Assembly: GCA_040905865.1 (NCBI GenBank) | Contig: JBBDQU010000073.1 | Coordinates: forward strand, 8,255-72,254 | Direction of reading: 5' to 3' | DNA: 64,000 nucleotides | From: Alphaproteobacteria bacterium | Lineage (GTDB): Bacteria > Pseudomonadota > Alphaproteobacteria > UBA8366 > GCA-2717185 | Shown: positions 9,118-21,047 of the stretch, one piece after another | Position numbering within the stretch: position 1 is the stretch's first letter | Layout: each line of letters starts with the position of its first letter | The notes under the pieces: model-generated | Told to the model about the DNA's origin: nothing | The model's input: the letters and a program-made list of their open reading frames with translations, nothing else | Database searches by the model: none | Translations under genes and position numbers: made by a program

Positions 9118-9876
9118 ATGAAGGAGGTCCCCTACCCCGCCGGAACCGTCATCTATCGCGAGGGCGACGCCAGCAATGCGGCCTTCGTCATCGTCGACGG
9201 CGAGGTCGCGGTCGAGCGCGCGGCGGGCGAAAGCACCATCCCGCTCGCGGTACTGAGAGCAGGACAGATTTTTGGCGAGGTCGGCATCATCCGCAACCGG
9301 GCGCGCTCCACCACCACCCGGGCACGCACCGACACAACCCTGATCGTGATCACCCGGGAAGATTTCGATGCAGCCTTCGGCGACAAGGATCCGATGGCGC
9401 TGAATATCCTGCGAATGCTCTGCGAACGGCTGAGCGATGTGACGCAACGGGTCTATGAAGGCGAAATCCACGCCGCCGGCGCCGCGGTGTCGGCCATCTC
9501 CGAAATCAAGCTGCTGCCTGGCACCCCGGCAGTCGAATCGCAAATCGGGCGGGACGGCATTGTCATCGACTGCCTTCCCTTCCGTGTCGGCCGCCGCGCC
9601 ATCGCCGGCGAACCCGCCAGCAAGACGCCCGCCGAACTGCTGCTGCTGACCACGAAGCCCTTCGAAATGGCGCCAATGCATTTTGTCATTGAAGACGTGC
9701 AGGGCCGCCTGAACCTGCGCGACCTTGGCAGCGTCCTTGGCACACTGGTCAACGGAACCCGGGTCGCACCCTTCGAAGCATCCGACAGCGCGCCGCTAAA
9801 GCTCGGCATGAACCAGATCCTTGTCGGCGGCCTCGATTCATCCATTGCGTTCAACCTCGTCATCGAGGGACGCTGA
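9118..9876 (+). CDS. cyclic-nucleotide-binding domain / FHA domain fusion protein (no HTH)
   Basis: N-terminal half has a cNMP phosphate-binding cassette (GQIFGEVGIIRNRARSTTTRA). C-terminal half is FHA-like (FRVGRR...MHFVIEDVQGRLNLRDLGSVLGTLVNGTRV). Confidence 0.75.
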   Translation: MKEVPYPAGTVIYREGDASNAAFVIVDGEVAVERAAGESTIPLAVLRAGQIFGEVGIIRNRARSTTTRARTDTTLIVITREDFDAAFGDKDPMALNILRMLCERLSDVTQRVYEGEIHAAGAAVSAISEIKLLPGTPAVESQIGRDGIVIDCLPFRVGRRAIAGEPASKTPAELLLLTTKPFEMAPMHFVIEDVQGRLNLRDLGSVLGTLVNGTRVAPFEASDSAPLKLGMNQILVGGLDSSIAFNLVIEGR

Positions 9877-9905
9877 ACCCGCAACCGACGAATACGGAGG
9901 CGATT

Positions 9906-10616
9906 GTGCCCCTTCGACGCCTTGTCCTGATTTTCCTCGCTATCGCAGGGGCGGTGTTGCCGCCGCAGGCCGCGCTGGCGGAAGAGGTCGATGTCCAGCT
10001 GGTGCTCGCCGCAGACGGGTCCGGCTCCATCGACGACGACGAATTCCGCCTGCAACGGGCCGGTTACGCCGCCGCCATCACCGACGAGCGCGTGTTGAAC
10101 GCGATCCGTTCCGGGTATCGCCAGGCCATCGCCGTCGCCTTCGTCGAATGGGGCGCGCCGGAATCGCAGCACACAATCGTCGACTGGACGGTCATTCGCG
10201 ACGCGGCATCGGCCCGGGACTTTGCCGCAAGGCTGCTGGCCGCACCCCGCGTCGCCTTCGGCTACAATTCGATCAGTAACGCCATCGACTATTCGGCGCG
10301 CCTTATCCGCGAAAGCGGCCATTCCAGCCCGCGCAAGATCATCGACATTTCCGGCGACGGCCCGCAGATGAACGGCCAGCCGCTGGCGCCCGTCCGCGCC
10401 ATGGCGATCGGCGAAGGCATCACGATCAACGCCCTTGTCGTCGCGGCGGATGGCGGACGTTTCCCCGGCATGTCCGGCGAGGCGTTATTTCAGCATTATC
10501 AGCTCGATATCATCGGCGGTCCTGGCGCCTTCGCCATGACCGTGGAAGGCCGGCAGCGTTTCGCCCATGCCATCCTGAACAAGATGATCCGGGAAATCGC
10601 GATGATGACGCCATGA
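9906..10616 (+). CDS. DUF1194-type secreted vWA-fold protein, paralogue C
   Basis: Signal peptide (LVLIFLAIAGAVLPPQAALA), MIDAS-like DGSGSID, ISGDGPQMNG, GITINAL and IIGGPGAF. GTG start preceded by GGAGG. Lacks the C-terminal Cys tail of A and B. Confidence 0.8.
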   Translation: MPLRRLVLIFLAIAGAVLPPQAALAEEVDVQLVLAADGSGSIDDDEFRLQRAGYAAAITDERVLNAIRSGYRQAIAVAFVEWGAPESQHTIVDWTVIRDAASARDFAARLLAAPRVAFGYNSISNAIDYSARLIRESGHSSPRKIIDISGDGPQMNGQPLAPVRAMAIGEGITINALVVAADGGRFPGMSGEALFQHYQLDIIGGPGAFAMTVEGRQRFAHAILNKMIREIAMMTP

Positions 10617-11881
10617 CCGCAACCACGGCCACGACGGCGAACGGGAAACCACCAGGTATCGTGCGGCTGGTGGCGACGGTCTTCCTGCCCTTCGCGGGCG
10701 GGTATTTCCTGTCCTACCTGTACCGGTCGATCAACGCGATCATCGCCCCGCAGCTGGTCAGCGAGGTGAATCTGAGCGCCGGCGACCTGGGCCTCATGAC
10801 CTCGGCCTATTTCTTCGCCTTCGCCGCCTTCCAGATCCCGCTGGGCATGCTGCTGGATCGGTTCGGGCCGCGCCGGGTGCAGTCCTCTTTCCTGCTGGCA
10901 GCCGCCCTGGGCGCGTTCCTGTTTTCCATCGGCGACAGCAAGGTCACCCTTATCCTGGCCCGCGCCATGATCGGCCTCGGCGTTGCCGGTGGGCTGATGT
11001 CCTCCTTCAAGGCGATCACGATCTGGTTTCCGCAGAGCCGCTGGCCGCTGGTCAATGGCTGCTTCATGGCAATGGGCGGGCTGGGCGCGGTGTCCTCCAC
11101 CATACCGCTGGAATTTGCACTGCATTACACCGACTGGCGCGGCGTTTTTGTCGGACTTTCCGCGGCGACGGTCTGCGTCTCCAGTATCATCTTCCTCATA
11201 GTGCCGGAGAAAAAGGCGGGTCCGGTGGCGCCACCGTCGCTACGCGACCAGTTGGCCGGCATCGGGCATATCTATACGAACCGGCTGTTCTGGCGTATCG
11301 CGCCGATATGCGTGGCGGCGCTGTCCGCCAATATGGCGATCCAGTCGCTCTGGGCCGGGCCCTGGCTGCGCGATGTCGCCGGCTATTCCCGGGACGCCAT
11401 CGCCGAACACCTGTTCATCCTGAACGCGATCATGACCGTGGGCTTCGTCGCCTGCGGCGTCGTCGCCGACCTGTTCGAGCGGCGGGGCTTCACCCTGAGC
11501 CAGGTCATGGGCAGCGCGACGCTGATCTTCATGGCGGCGCAGACCGCCATCGTATTCCAGGTCGCGCCGACGGGATTGTGGCCCTGGGTGATTTTCGGGC
11601 TGACGATGAACTTCACCGTACTGGCCTATACCCAGTTGACCCGGTATTTTCCGCCGCATTATTCCGGACGGGCGATAACGGCGCTGAACCTGCTCGCCTT
11701 TGGCGGTGTCTTCTTCGCGCAATCGGCCATCGGCTGGATCATCGACCTCTGGCCCCCGAACGCCGATGGCGGTTACCAGAATATCGGCTACACCGCCGCT
11801 TTCGGGACGGTCCTCGCGATCCAGGTTTTGGCCTTCCTCTGGTTCCTGATCCCCGGCAAAATCGCGGCGCCGCCGGAATAG
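10613..11881 (+). CDS. MFS transporter
   Basis: 422 aa with about 12 hydrophobic segments and an MFS loop motif (LGMLLDRFGPRRV). ATG overlaps the DUF1194-C stop (ATGA). Confidence 0.8.
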   Translation: MTATTATTANGKPPGIVRLVATVFLPFAGGYFLSYLYRSINAIIAPQLVSEVNLSAGDLGLMTSAYFFAFAAFQIPLGMLLDRFGPRRVQSSFLLAAALGAFLFSIGDSKVTLILARAMIGLGVAGGLMSSFKAITIWFPQSRWPLVNGCFMAMGGLGAVSSTIPLEFALHYTDWRGVFVGLSAATVCVSSIIFLIVPEKKAGPVAPPSLRDQLAGIGHIYTNRLFWRIAPICVAALSANMAIQSLWAGPWLRDVAGYSRDAIAEHLFILNAIMTVGFVACGVVADLFERRGFTLSQVMGSATLIFMAAQTAIVFQVAPTGLWPWVIFGLTMNFTVLAYTQLTRYFPPHYSGRAITALNLLAFGGVFFAQSAIGWIIDLWPPNADGGYQNIGYTAAFGTVLAIQVLAFLWFLIPGKIAAPPE

Positions 11882-11888
11882 CAGCGGA

Positions 11889-13484
11889 TCAGGACGTCAT
11901 GGTCTGTTCGCGCGTCTTCAGGAAGCGGATATCGGGCCAGTCTTCCTCCGCCTTGCCCAGCGCCCAGGCGTTCCGCGCCAGGAAGACCAGCGCGTTGTCA
12001 TGGTCGTCCGCCAGGCTGGAACGGTTGGCGTCGGCGAATTCCTTCAGCTTGCGCGGGTCGTCCGCAACCACCCAGCGCGCGGTATAGAGCTGCGTTGGCT
12101 CGAAACGGACCGGCACGTCGTATTCGGTCCGGATCCGGTCGGCCATGACGTCGAACTGCAGGGCGCCCACGACCCCGACGATCCAGTCGGCACCCAGCCG
12201 CGCCTTGAAGGCTTGCCCGACCCCTTCTTCCGACAATTGCCGCAGCGCCCGCTCCAGATGCTTGGCCCGCATAGGGTCTTCCGGCCGGGCGCGGCGCAAC
12301 AGTTCCGGCGCGAAGCTGGGAATGCCGGTAAACTGCAAGTCCTCCCCTTCGGTCAGCGCATCGCCGATCCGCAGGTTGCCGTGGTTGGGCACGCCAATGA
12401 TGTCGCCGGGCCAGGCTTCTTCCGCCAGTTCCCGGTCGCGCGCCAGGAACAGCACCGGGTTGTGCATATTCAGCGCCTTTCCGCTGCGCACATGATGCAG
12501 CTTCATGCCGCGTTTGAAATGACCCGAACAAAGACGCACGAAGGCGATACGGTCGCGGTGCCGGGGATCCATGTTCGCCTGGATCTTGAAGACAAAGCCG
12601 CTGACCTTGTCCTCGTCGGGCGCCACCGCGCGGGTCGCCGTCGGCTGGGTCAGCGGCGTAGGCGCCGATTTCGCGAGCCCATCCAGCAATTCGCGGACAC
12701 CGAAATTATTGATCGCGCTGCCGAAATAGACCGGCGTCAGATTGCCCTCGCGATAGGCCGCATGGTCGAATCCGGAACAGAGTTCCCGGGCCATGTTCAC
12801 TTCGTCGCGCAACTGCCGCAGCGCTTCCACCGGAAGCAGCTCGTCGAGTTTCGGATCGTCCAGGCCGTTGCAGGCGCGGCCTTCGTCCAACTTGTCGGTG
12901 GAATTGCGGTCGAACATCAGCAACCTGTCGCGGATCAGGTCGTAGCAGCCCAGGAAACTGCGGCCCATGCCGATAGGCCAGCTGGCCGGCGTCACATCGA
13001 TCTGCAGGGTCTGCTCGATTTCGTCCAGCAGGTCGAACGGGTCGCGGGATTCGCGGTCCAGCTTGTTGATGAAGGTCACGATGGGCATGTCGCGCAGGCG
13101 GCAGACCTCGAACAGCTTGCGGGTCTGCGTTTCGATGCCCTTCGCCGCATCCAGCACCATGACGGCAGAATCGACGGCCGTCAGCGTGCGATAGGTATCC
13201 TCGCTAAAATCCTCATGGCCCGGCGTATCCAGCAGGTTGAAGGTCAGGCCTTCATATTCGTAGGTCATGACCGAGGACGCGACGGATATACCGCGCTCGC
13301 GCTCGACCTTCATCCAGTCGGAATGCGCCCGCCGCTGCGCCCCGCGCGCCTTGACCGCCCCCGCCAGCTGAATCGCGCCGCCGAACAGCAGCAGCTTTTC
13401 AGTCAGGGTCGTCTTCCCGGCATCGGGATGCGATATGATCGCGAAGGTTCGCCGCTGCGCGACGGAGTCGGTTAAAAGGCTCAT
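11889..13484 (-). CDS. prfC: peptide chain release factor 3
   Basis: RRTFAIISHPDAGKTTLTEKLLLFGGAIQ GTPase N-terminus, DTPGHEDF and NKLDR motifs. 531 aa. Confidence 0.95.
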   Translation of the reverse strand: MSLLTDSVAQRRTFAIISHPDAGKTTLTEKLLLFGGAIQLAGAVKARGAQRRAHSDWMKVERERGISVASSVMTYEYEGLTFNLLDTPGHEDFSEDTYRTLTAVDSAVMVLDAAKGIETQTRKLFEVCRLRDMPIVTFINKLDRESRDPFDLLDEIEQTLQIDVTPASWPIGMGRSFLGCYDLIRDRLLMFDRNSTDKLDEGRACNGLDDPKLDELLPVEALRQLRDEVNMARELCSGFDHAAYREGNLTPVYFGSAINNFGVRELLDGLAKSAPTPLTQPTATRAVAPDEDKVSGFVFKIQANMDPRHRDRIAFVRLCSGHFKRGMKLHHVRSGKALNMHNPVLFLARDRELAEEAWPGDIIGVPNHGNLRIGDALTEGEDLQFTGIPSFAPELLRRARPEDPMRAKHLERALRQLSEEGVGQAFKARLGADWIVGVVGALQFDVMADRIRTEYDVPVRFEPTQLYTARWVVADDPRKLKEFADANRSSLADDHDNALVFLARNAWALGKAEEDWPDIRFLKTREQTMTS

Positions 13485-13716
13485 GTTTTTCTATGGGTAA
13501 GAGAGGGTTACAGCGCGTCCCTACATATAGGAACCATGCCCCGCCACTCAAGCATTCATCGCGGTTCGATCGTTTTCGCGGGTGCAACAATGCACGGGCC
13601 TTCCGGACGACAAGACAGATAGCGCTGCGGGCGCGGGATTGTTATCGTTCCGTCCAGATACGGGCGGATCACCGCCCCCATGGCGCATTCGCGCGTTTCC
13701 GTCCGGAGAAGACAGT

Positions 13717-14865
13717 ATGAGGATTACCGAGGTCAATACCTATCCGCTCAGGATGGCGCTGCAGCAGCCAAGCTGGACGGCCCATGAAATCAGCGGCGAC
13801 GCGACCCTGACCCTCTTCGAGGTCAGGACCGACGAGGGCATTACCGGTTACGGCGAAGTGCAGGGCGGCCCGCAGAAGACGATCTGCGACCTGGCGTCAG
13901 CCTATGGCGAATGCATCAAGGGCATGGACCCGCTGGGCCATGTCGCTGTCTGGGAGAAACTCTTTTCCAGCACCAGCCCGCGACCGGGCGGGCTGGGCGG
14001 CTGGGACGGGCTGCCGGCGCCCCTGCCCCGCGGTCAGCGGCCCCAGGCCATGGCGGCCATCGGCGGCATCGATATCGCGCTGTGGGATATCAAGGGCAAG
14101 GCGGCCAACATGCCGGTCTACAAGCTGCTGGGCGGCAGCCGCACCAGCGTCTTCACCTATTCCACCGGCGGCTATTATATCGAGGGCGCGCCGCTGGAAT
14201 CCTGCGCCGAGGAATTCGCCGGCTACGTGGAAATGGGCTACCGGGCGGTCAAGATGAAAACCGGCGCGTTTTCGCTGGCCGATGAGCTTATCCGCATCAG
14301 GGCGGTGCGGGACGCCATCGGCCCCGACGTCCTGCTGATGCTGGACATGAACGCGCCCTACGGGGTCGATGATTGCATCGCCTTCGCCAACGCGGTGGCG
14401 CCCCATGACATCTTCTGGCTGGAGGAACCCCTGCACTGGCACCTGCAGCCGGCGGATTACGTGCGGCTGGCCAAAGGCTCGCCGATCCCGCTGGCGCATG
14501 GGGAACGGGAATGGACCCGGTTCACGATCCGCGATTTCATCGATTCAGGCGCGCTGGGCTATGTGCAGTTCGATTCGACCCGCCATGCGGGCTTCACCGA
14601 ATCCCTGCGCATCGCCCATTATGCGGAACAGCAGGGCGTGAAGATCGCGCCGCATACCGCGCCGCAACTGCACGGGCATCTGGCCTCGGCCTTCGGCGAC
14701 GCGGCCTTCGGCGCGGAGTCCCACGGCGGCACCGATCGCCATCCGATCCAGCACGGGCTGTATACGGAACACGCCGTGGTCCGCGACGGCATGCTGCATC
14801 TCAGCGACAGGCCGGGATTCGGCGTCGAAATCGACTGGGATTTCGTGAAGAAGGTCGGGGCGTAA
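13717..14865 (+). CDS. enolase-superfamily enzyme (mandelate racemase / muconate lactonizing type)
   Basis: Metal-ligand triad context MLDMN / LEEP / HGER and a KMK general-base region. ATG 13717 is preceded by GGAGAAG. Confidence 0.85.
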   Translation: MRITEVNTYPLRMALQQPSWTAHEISGDATLTLFEVRTDEGITGYGEVQGGPQKTICDLASAYGECIKGMDPLGHVAVWEKLFSSTSPRPGGLGGWDGLPAPLPRGQRPQAMAAIGGIDIALWDIKGKAANMPVYKLLGGSRTSVFTYSTGGYYIEGAPLESCAEEFAGYVEMGYRAVKMKTGAFSLADELIRIRAVRDAIGPDVLLMLDMNAPYGVDDCIAFANAVAPHDIFWLEEPLHWHLQPADYVRLAKGSPIPLAHGEREWTRFTIRDFIDSGALGYVQFDSTRHAGFTESLRIAHYAEQQGVKIAPHTAPQLHGHLASAFGDAAFGAESHGGTDRHPIQHGLYTEHAVVRDGMLHLSDRPGFGVEIDWDFVKKVGA

Positions 14866-14878
14866 GCCGCCGGTCTTC

Positions 14879-16141
14879 CTACGCCGCTTCCGCCCTGTCC
14901 CGATAAGCCGCCAACAGCGCCGGCGAGGCGTTGTAGATCGGCGTGTGGCCGCGCAGCAGGATCTGCGTGCTGCGCTCATAGGCGGCGCTGGGAATATTGT
15001 CGACGCCGTCCTTCATCGACCCGGTAATGGTCGCCTTCAGCAGTCCCGCCGGGTTGGCCATGCGGACAATATGGTCCTTTTCCACCGGTCCCAGGGGTTC
15101 AAGGCCCTGCGCGAGACCGTTCGCGACCGTGCCCGGCACCAGACAGCAGGCCGCAAGGCACGCCCCGCCGGTGACGGCCAGCGACTTGTGCGCCGATTGC
15201 GGCGTGAAATAGCGCACCCGGACATTGGCCCCGGCGGCGGCTTCCTCCGCGCTGGGCGGCGCGATAATGCAGACCTTCGGGATCGTCTCGCTCGCTGCCA
15301 ATTGCGCCTCTGTCAGGGGCGTGCCGTCCTTGCCCGCCAGGCCCATCTTCAGCCCCGCCTTTACCCAGATGCTCCGGATCCGGGACCGGAAAGCCTTGTC
15401 CCCATCCAGCTCGGCCGGCGTTTCGGATGCTGCCTTGCCAAGGTCGGCGGCGCGGATGATCACCATGGGCACCGCGAGGTCGGTACACGTGACTTCGATG
15501 CCGTCAAAGACATCGGTCAGATTGCCGGTCGGCAGCAACTTCCCGGTCTTCGCCCCGACCGGATTCAGCAACGCCAGCTGGACGCCGGGCCAGTGCCCCA
15601 TGACCCCCGGGATCACCGTATCGGACGCAACAGGTTTGCCCGGTTCCGGCGTTTCGATCAGCGCATGGGCCACCACGCCGGTATTGGTATTGTGGATGCG
15701 CACCCGGTTCGTACCCGGCCGCAGGGAAACCAGGCCGACCTGGTCCGCGAAAACCGGCAGCGCGGCCGACATATTGCCGCAATTGACACTCCAGTCGATT
15801 GCCGCCTTGCCCGGCGCCAGTTGCGCCAGGGTACTTTCGATATCGGCATCCGCGCGGTCGGACCGGTCGACGATGAAGACCTTGCAGCTTTGCGGAATGC
15901 CCCGGCCCAGTCCGGTGATCTGCGAATTGGCCGCGACCTCGCCTTGCAGCGGCACCCCCATGATATGGCGAATCAGTTCCTCCCGCAGCGCGAGGTCGGC
16001 CGGCAGATGTTCTTCCAGCAACAGGACGCCGGTCGAGGTGCCGCCGCGCATGTGGTAGACGGGTATCTCCAGCACCCCGCCGAGGAAGCGGGGCGCAAGC
16101 CCGTGAAAGTGAACCGGTTGTGTCGTCGTCACGCTGTTCAT
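14879..16141 (-). CDS. PrpF-family isomerase-like protein (DAP-epimerase-like fold)
   Basis: N-terminal YHMRGGTSTGVLL motif and NCGNMSAA block typical of the PrpF / 4-oxalomesaconate tautomerase family. GAGG lies 7 nt upstream of the ATG. Confidence 0.7.
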   Translation of the reverse strand: MNSVTTTQPVHFHGLAPRFLGGVLEIPVYHMRGGTSTGVLLLEEHLPADLALREELIRHIMGVPLQGEVAANSQITGLGRGIPQSCKVFIVDRSDRADADIESTLAQLAPGKAAIDWSVNCGNMSAALPVFADQVGLVSLRPGTNRVRIHNTNTGVVAHALIETPEPGKPVASDTVIPGVMGHWPGVQLALLNPVGAKTGKLLPTGNLTDVFDGIEVTCTDLAVPMVIIRAADLGKAASETPAELDGDKAFRSRIRSIWVKAGLKMGLAGKDGTPLTEAQLAASETIPKVCIIAPPSAEEAAAGANVRVRYFTPQSAHKSLAVTGGACLAACCLVPGTVANGLAQGLEPLGPVEKDHIVRMANPAGLLKATITGSMKDGVDNIPSAAYERSTQILLRGHTPIYNASPALLAAYRDRAEAA

Positions 16142-16332
16142 CTCGGAACCTCTGTATTGTCAACCCGCCGCCGGAAGACACTGTCTTTTCCTGCGGTATC
16201 CTATACGCCTTTCGCGTTCATCAGGGAAGCCAACGGCACGCCATGACAAAAGCTTCCGCGCGCGGCGATTGCCTCGGGATGACAGTGTGGCTTATGGTAA
16301 ATCACAGCAATGACACCGGATCAGGATTTATC

Positions 16333-17721
16333 ATGCCCGACACAACGTCGCCGACCAATTCGAAAATCGTTGCCGCCTATCGCGAATACACCCCGAAATC
16401 GGCGGCGCGCGCAAAACAGGCCAGGCAGGTTTTTCCCAGCGGTCTGGTGCATGACTCCCGCAAGCTGGACCCTTATGCCTTCTATGTCGATCATGCGAAG
16501 GGTTCCCGCAAATGGGATATCGACGGCAATGAATACATCGACTACTACGGCGGGCATGGTGCGCTGATCCTGGGCCACAGCCATCCGACGGTCATGGAAG
16601 CCGTCCATGCGCAACTGGACAAGGGCACCCACTACGGCGCCTGCCACGAACTGGAGATCCGCTGGGGCGAACTGGTCAAGCAGCTTGTGCCCTGCGCGGA
16701 GCGGGTGCGTTTCACCTCGTCGGGAACGGAAGCCAATCTGATGGCGCTGCGGCTTGCCCGCGCCTTTACCGGGAAGCCGAAGCTGGTCCGCTTCAAGGGG
16801 CATTTCCACGGCTGGCAGGATCACGTCGCCTTCGGCGTATCCAATCATTTCGACGGCACGCCGACACCCGGCGTGCTGGACGGGATCGCGGATAACGTCC
16901 TGCTGGCCCCGCCGGACGATATCGAGGCGACCCGGCGTATCTTCGAAACCCATGACGATATCGGCGCGGTCATCCTGGAGCCGACCGGCGCCAGTTTCGG
17001 CCAGGTGCCCGTGACCCGCGAATTCGTCACCGAATTGCGCAGGATCGCGACCGAGCACGGCGTCCTGCTCATTTTCGACGAAGTCGTCACCGGCTTCCGC
17101 GTCGGCCCCGGCGGTGCACAGGCCCATTACGGCATCATGCCGGACCTGTGCAGCATGGCGAAGATCATTGCCGGCGGGCTGCCGGGCGGCGCGGTGGCGG
17201 GACGGGAGGATATCCTGGAACTGCTCGATTTCGAGGTCGCGGAAGCCAAGGGATTCGAGAAGATCGGCCATCAGGGCACCTACAATGCCAATCCCATGTC
17301 CGCGGCGGCCGGCATCGCCGCGCTGGAACTGATCGCCGCCGGCGGAGTCTGCGACACGGCGACCGCACGGGCGGAACTGCTGCGCCGGCGCATCAACGAG
17401 GCTTTCGAGGCCGAAGACGTGCCCTGGGCGTGCTACGGCGAGCATTCCGGCTTTTATATCTTCACGAATCCCGGCAACCTGCCGATCACGCCAACGACGT
17501 TCGACCCGTTCGCCCATGACCACGCCACCCTGAAGGGCAGCCAGAAGGCGGCGACCATCACGAAGCTGCGCCTCGGGATCATTCTCAACGGCGTGGACAT
17601 GTCCGGCAAGCCGGGCGGCCTGACCTCCGCCATGCACAGCGAGGCGGATATCGAGGCGACAGCCGAAGCCGTCCGCGCGGCGGTGCGTATGCTCAAGGAC
17701 GAAGGCGACCTCGCCGCCTGA
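16333..17721 (+). CDS. class-III (PLP) aminotransferase, GSA-aminomutase-like
   Basis: DIDGNEYIDYYGGHGALILGHSHP, FDEVVTGFR and MAKIIAGGLPGG (PLP-Lys region). Confidence 0.85.
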   Translation: MPDTTSPTNSKIVAAYREYTPKSAARAKQARQVFPSGLVHDSRKLDPYAFYVDHAKGSRKWDIDGNEYIDYYGGHGALILGHSHPTVMEAVHAQLDKGTHYGACHELEIRWGELVKQLVPCAERVRFTSSGTEANLMALRLARAFTGKPKLVRFKGHFHGWQDHVAFGVSNHFDGTPTPGVLDGIADNVLLAPPDDIEATRRIFETHDDIGAVILEPTGASFGQVPVTREFVTELRRIATEHGVLLIFDEVVTGFRVGPGGAQAHYGIMPDLCSMAKIIAGGLPGGAVAGREDILELLDFEVAEAKGFEKIGHQGTYNANPMSAAAGIAALELIAAGGVCDTATARAELLRRRINEAFEAEDVPWACYGEHSGFYIFTNPGNLPITPTTFDPFAHDHATLKGSQKAATITKLRLGIILNGVDMSGKPGGLTSAMHSEADIEATAEAVRAAVRMLKDEGDLAA

Positions 17722-17737
17722 TGCCCCGGCCTTTTCC

Positions 17738-20155
<2,418 letters not shown>

Positions 20156-20161
20156 CCGTAT

Positions 20162-20944
20162 CTAGTTCCTGTAGGACGGATCGATCCGGTCCAGCTTGCG
20201 CAGCCATGCCGGCCATTCCAGCTTGCCGGTCGGCCGGTGCCCGTTGCCACTGTTGAACTGGCGACCGCGCTCGATCGAAATCTTCTGCACTTCCTCGCTG
20301 ATCGGATAAAGCTCCGCTCCCGTCTGCTGGAAGGCAAGCTGCATGCGGCAGGCGCGTTCGGCCCGGAACATCCAGACGAATGCTTCACCGATGGTCCGCC
20401 CGACGGTCAGCAGACCGTGGTTGCGCAGGATCAGAATTCGGTTATCGCCAAGGTCCTCGACGATCCGGGCGCGTTCGTCGTGATCGGTCGCCGGCCCTTC
20501 ATAGTCGTGGTAGCCGGTCGTATAGGTGACCGCGAGCGCATGCTGGTTGATCGGCAACAGCCCGCCCTTCTGCGTCGCAACGCTGGTGCCGGCCGTCGTA
20601 TGGGTATGCATGACGCATTCAAGATCGTGGTTGGACATGTGAACGGCGCTGTGAATGGTAAATCCCGCCGGATTGACCTGATAATCCGAGTCGTCGATGG
20701 CGTTGCCATCCAGGTCGACCTTGATCAGACAGGACGCGGTGATTTCGTCGAACAGCATGCCGTAGGGATTCAAGAGGAAGTGATTTTCCGGTCCCGGCAC
20801 CCGGGCCGAAACATGCGTTCCGATACCATCGGACCATCCATTCAGGTCGATCAACCTGTATGCCGCCGCCAGATTGACCCGGACGTCCCATTCCGCGTCG
20901 GAAATATGATCCGCGCGCTTGATCGATTGTACAGCCGCTACCAT
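20162..20944 (-). CDS. class II aldolase/adducin-family protein
   Basis: HTHTTAG and LRNHGLLTVG motifs. Start trimmed to ATG 20944 (AAGGGGA upstream) because the track ORF N-terminus overlaps the upstream ACAD gene. Confidence 0.8.
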   Translation of the reverse strand: MVAAVQSIKRADHISDAEWDVRVNLAAAYRLIDLNGWSDGIGTHVSARVPGPENHFLLNPYGMLFDEITASCLIKVDLDGNAIDDSDYQVNPAGFTIHSAVHMSNHDLECVMHTHTTAGTSVATQKGGLLPINQHALAVTYTTGYHDYEGPATDHDERARIVEDLGDNRILILRNHGLLTVGRTIGEAFVWMFRAERACRMQLAFQQTGAELYPISEEVQKISIERGRQFNSGNGHRPTGKLEWPAWLRKLDRIDPSYRN

Positions 20945-21047
20945 GTGTTGTTCCCCTTGATCCAAGATATTGTCGGTAAAGATTGCAGCGATATTAGCCA
21001 CTTCCACCGGATTGGCAAATCCGGTCGCACCTGTCGACGGCGGCCCG

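Noticed and set aside
12000-13475. 491-aa plus-strand ORF
   Set aside because: It is antisense to prfC, whose GTPase motifs are unambiguous.
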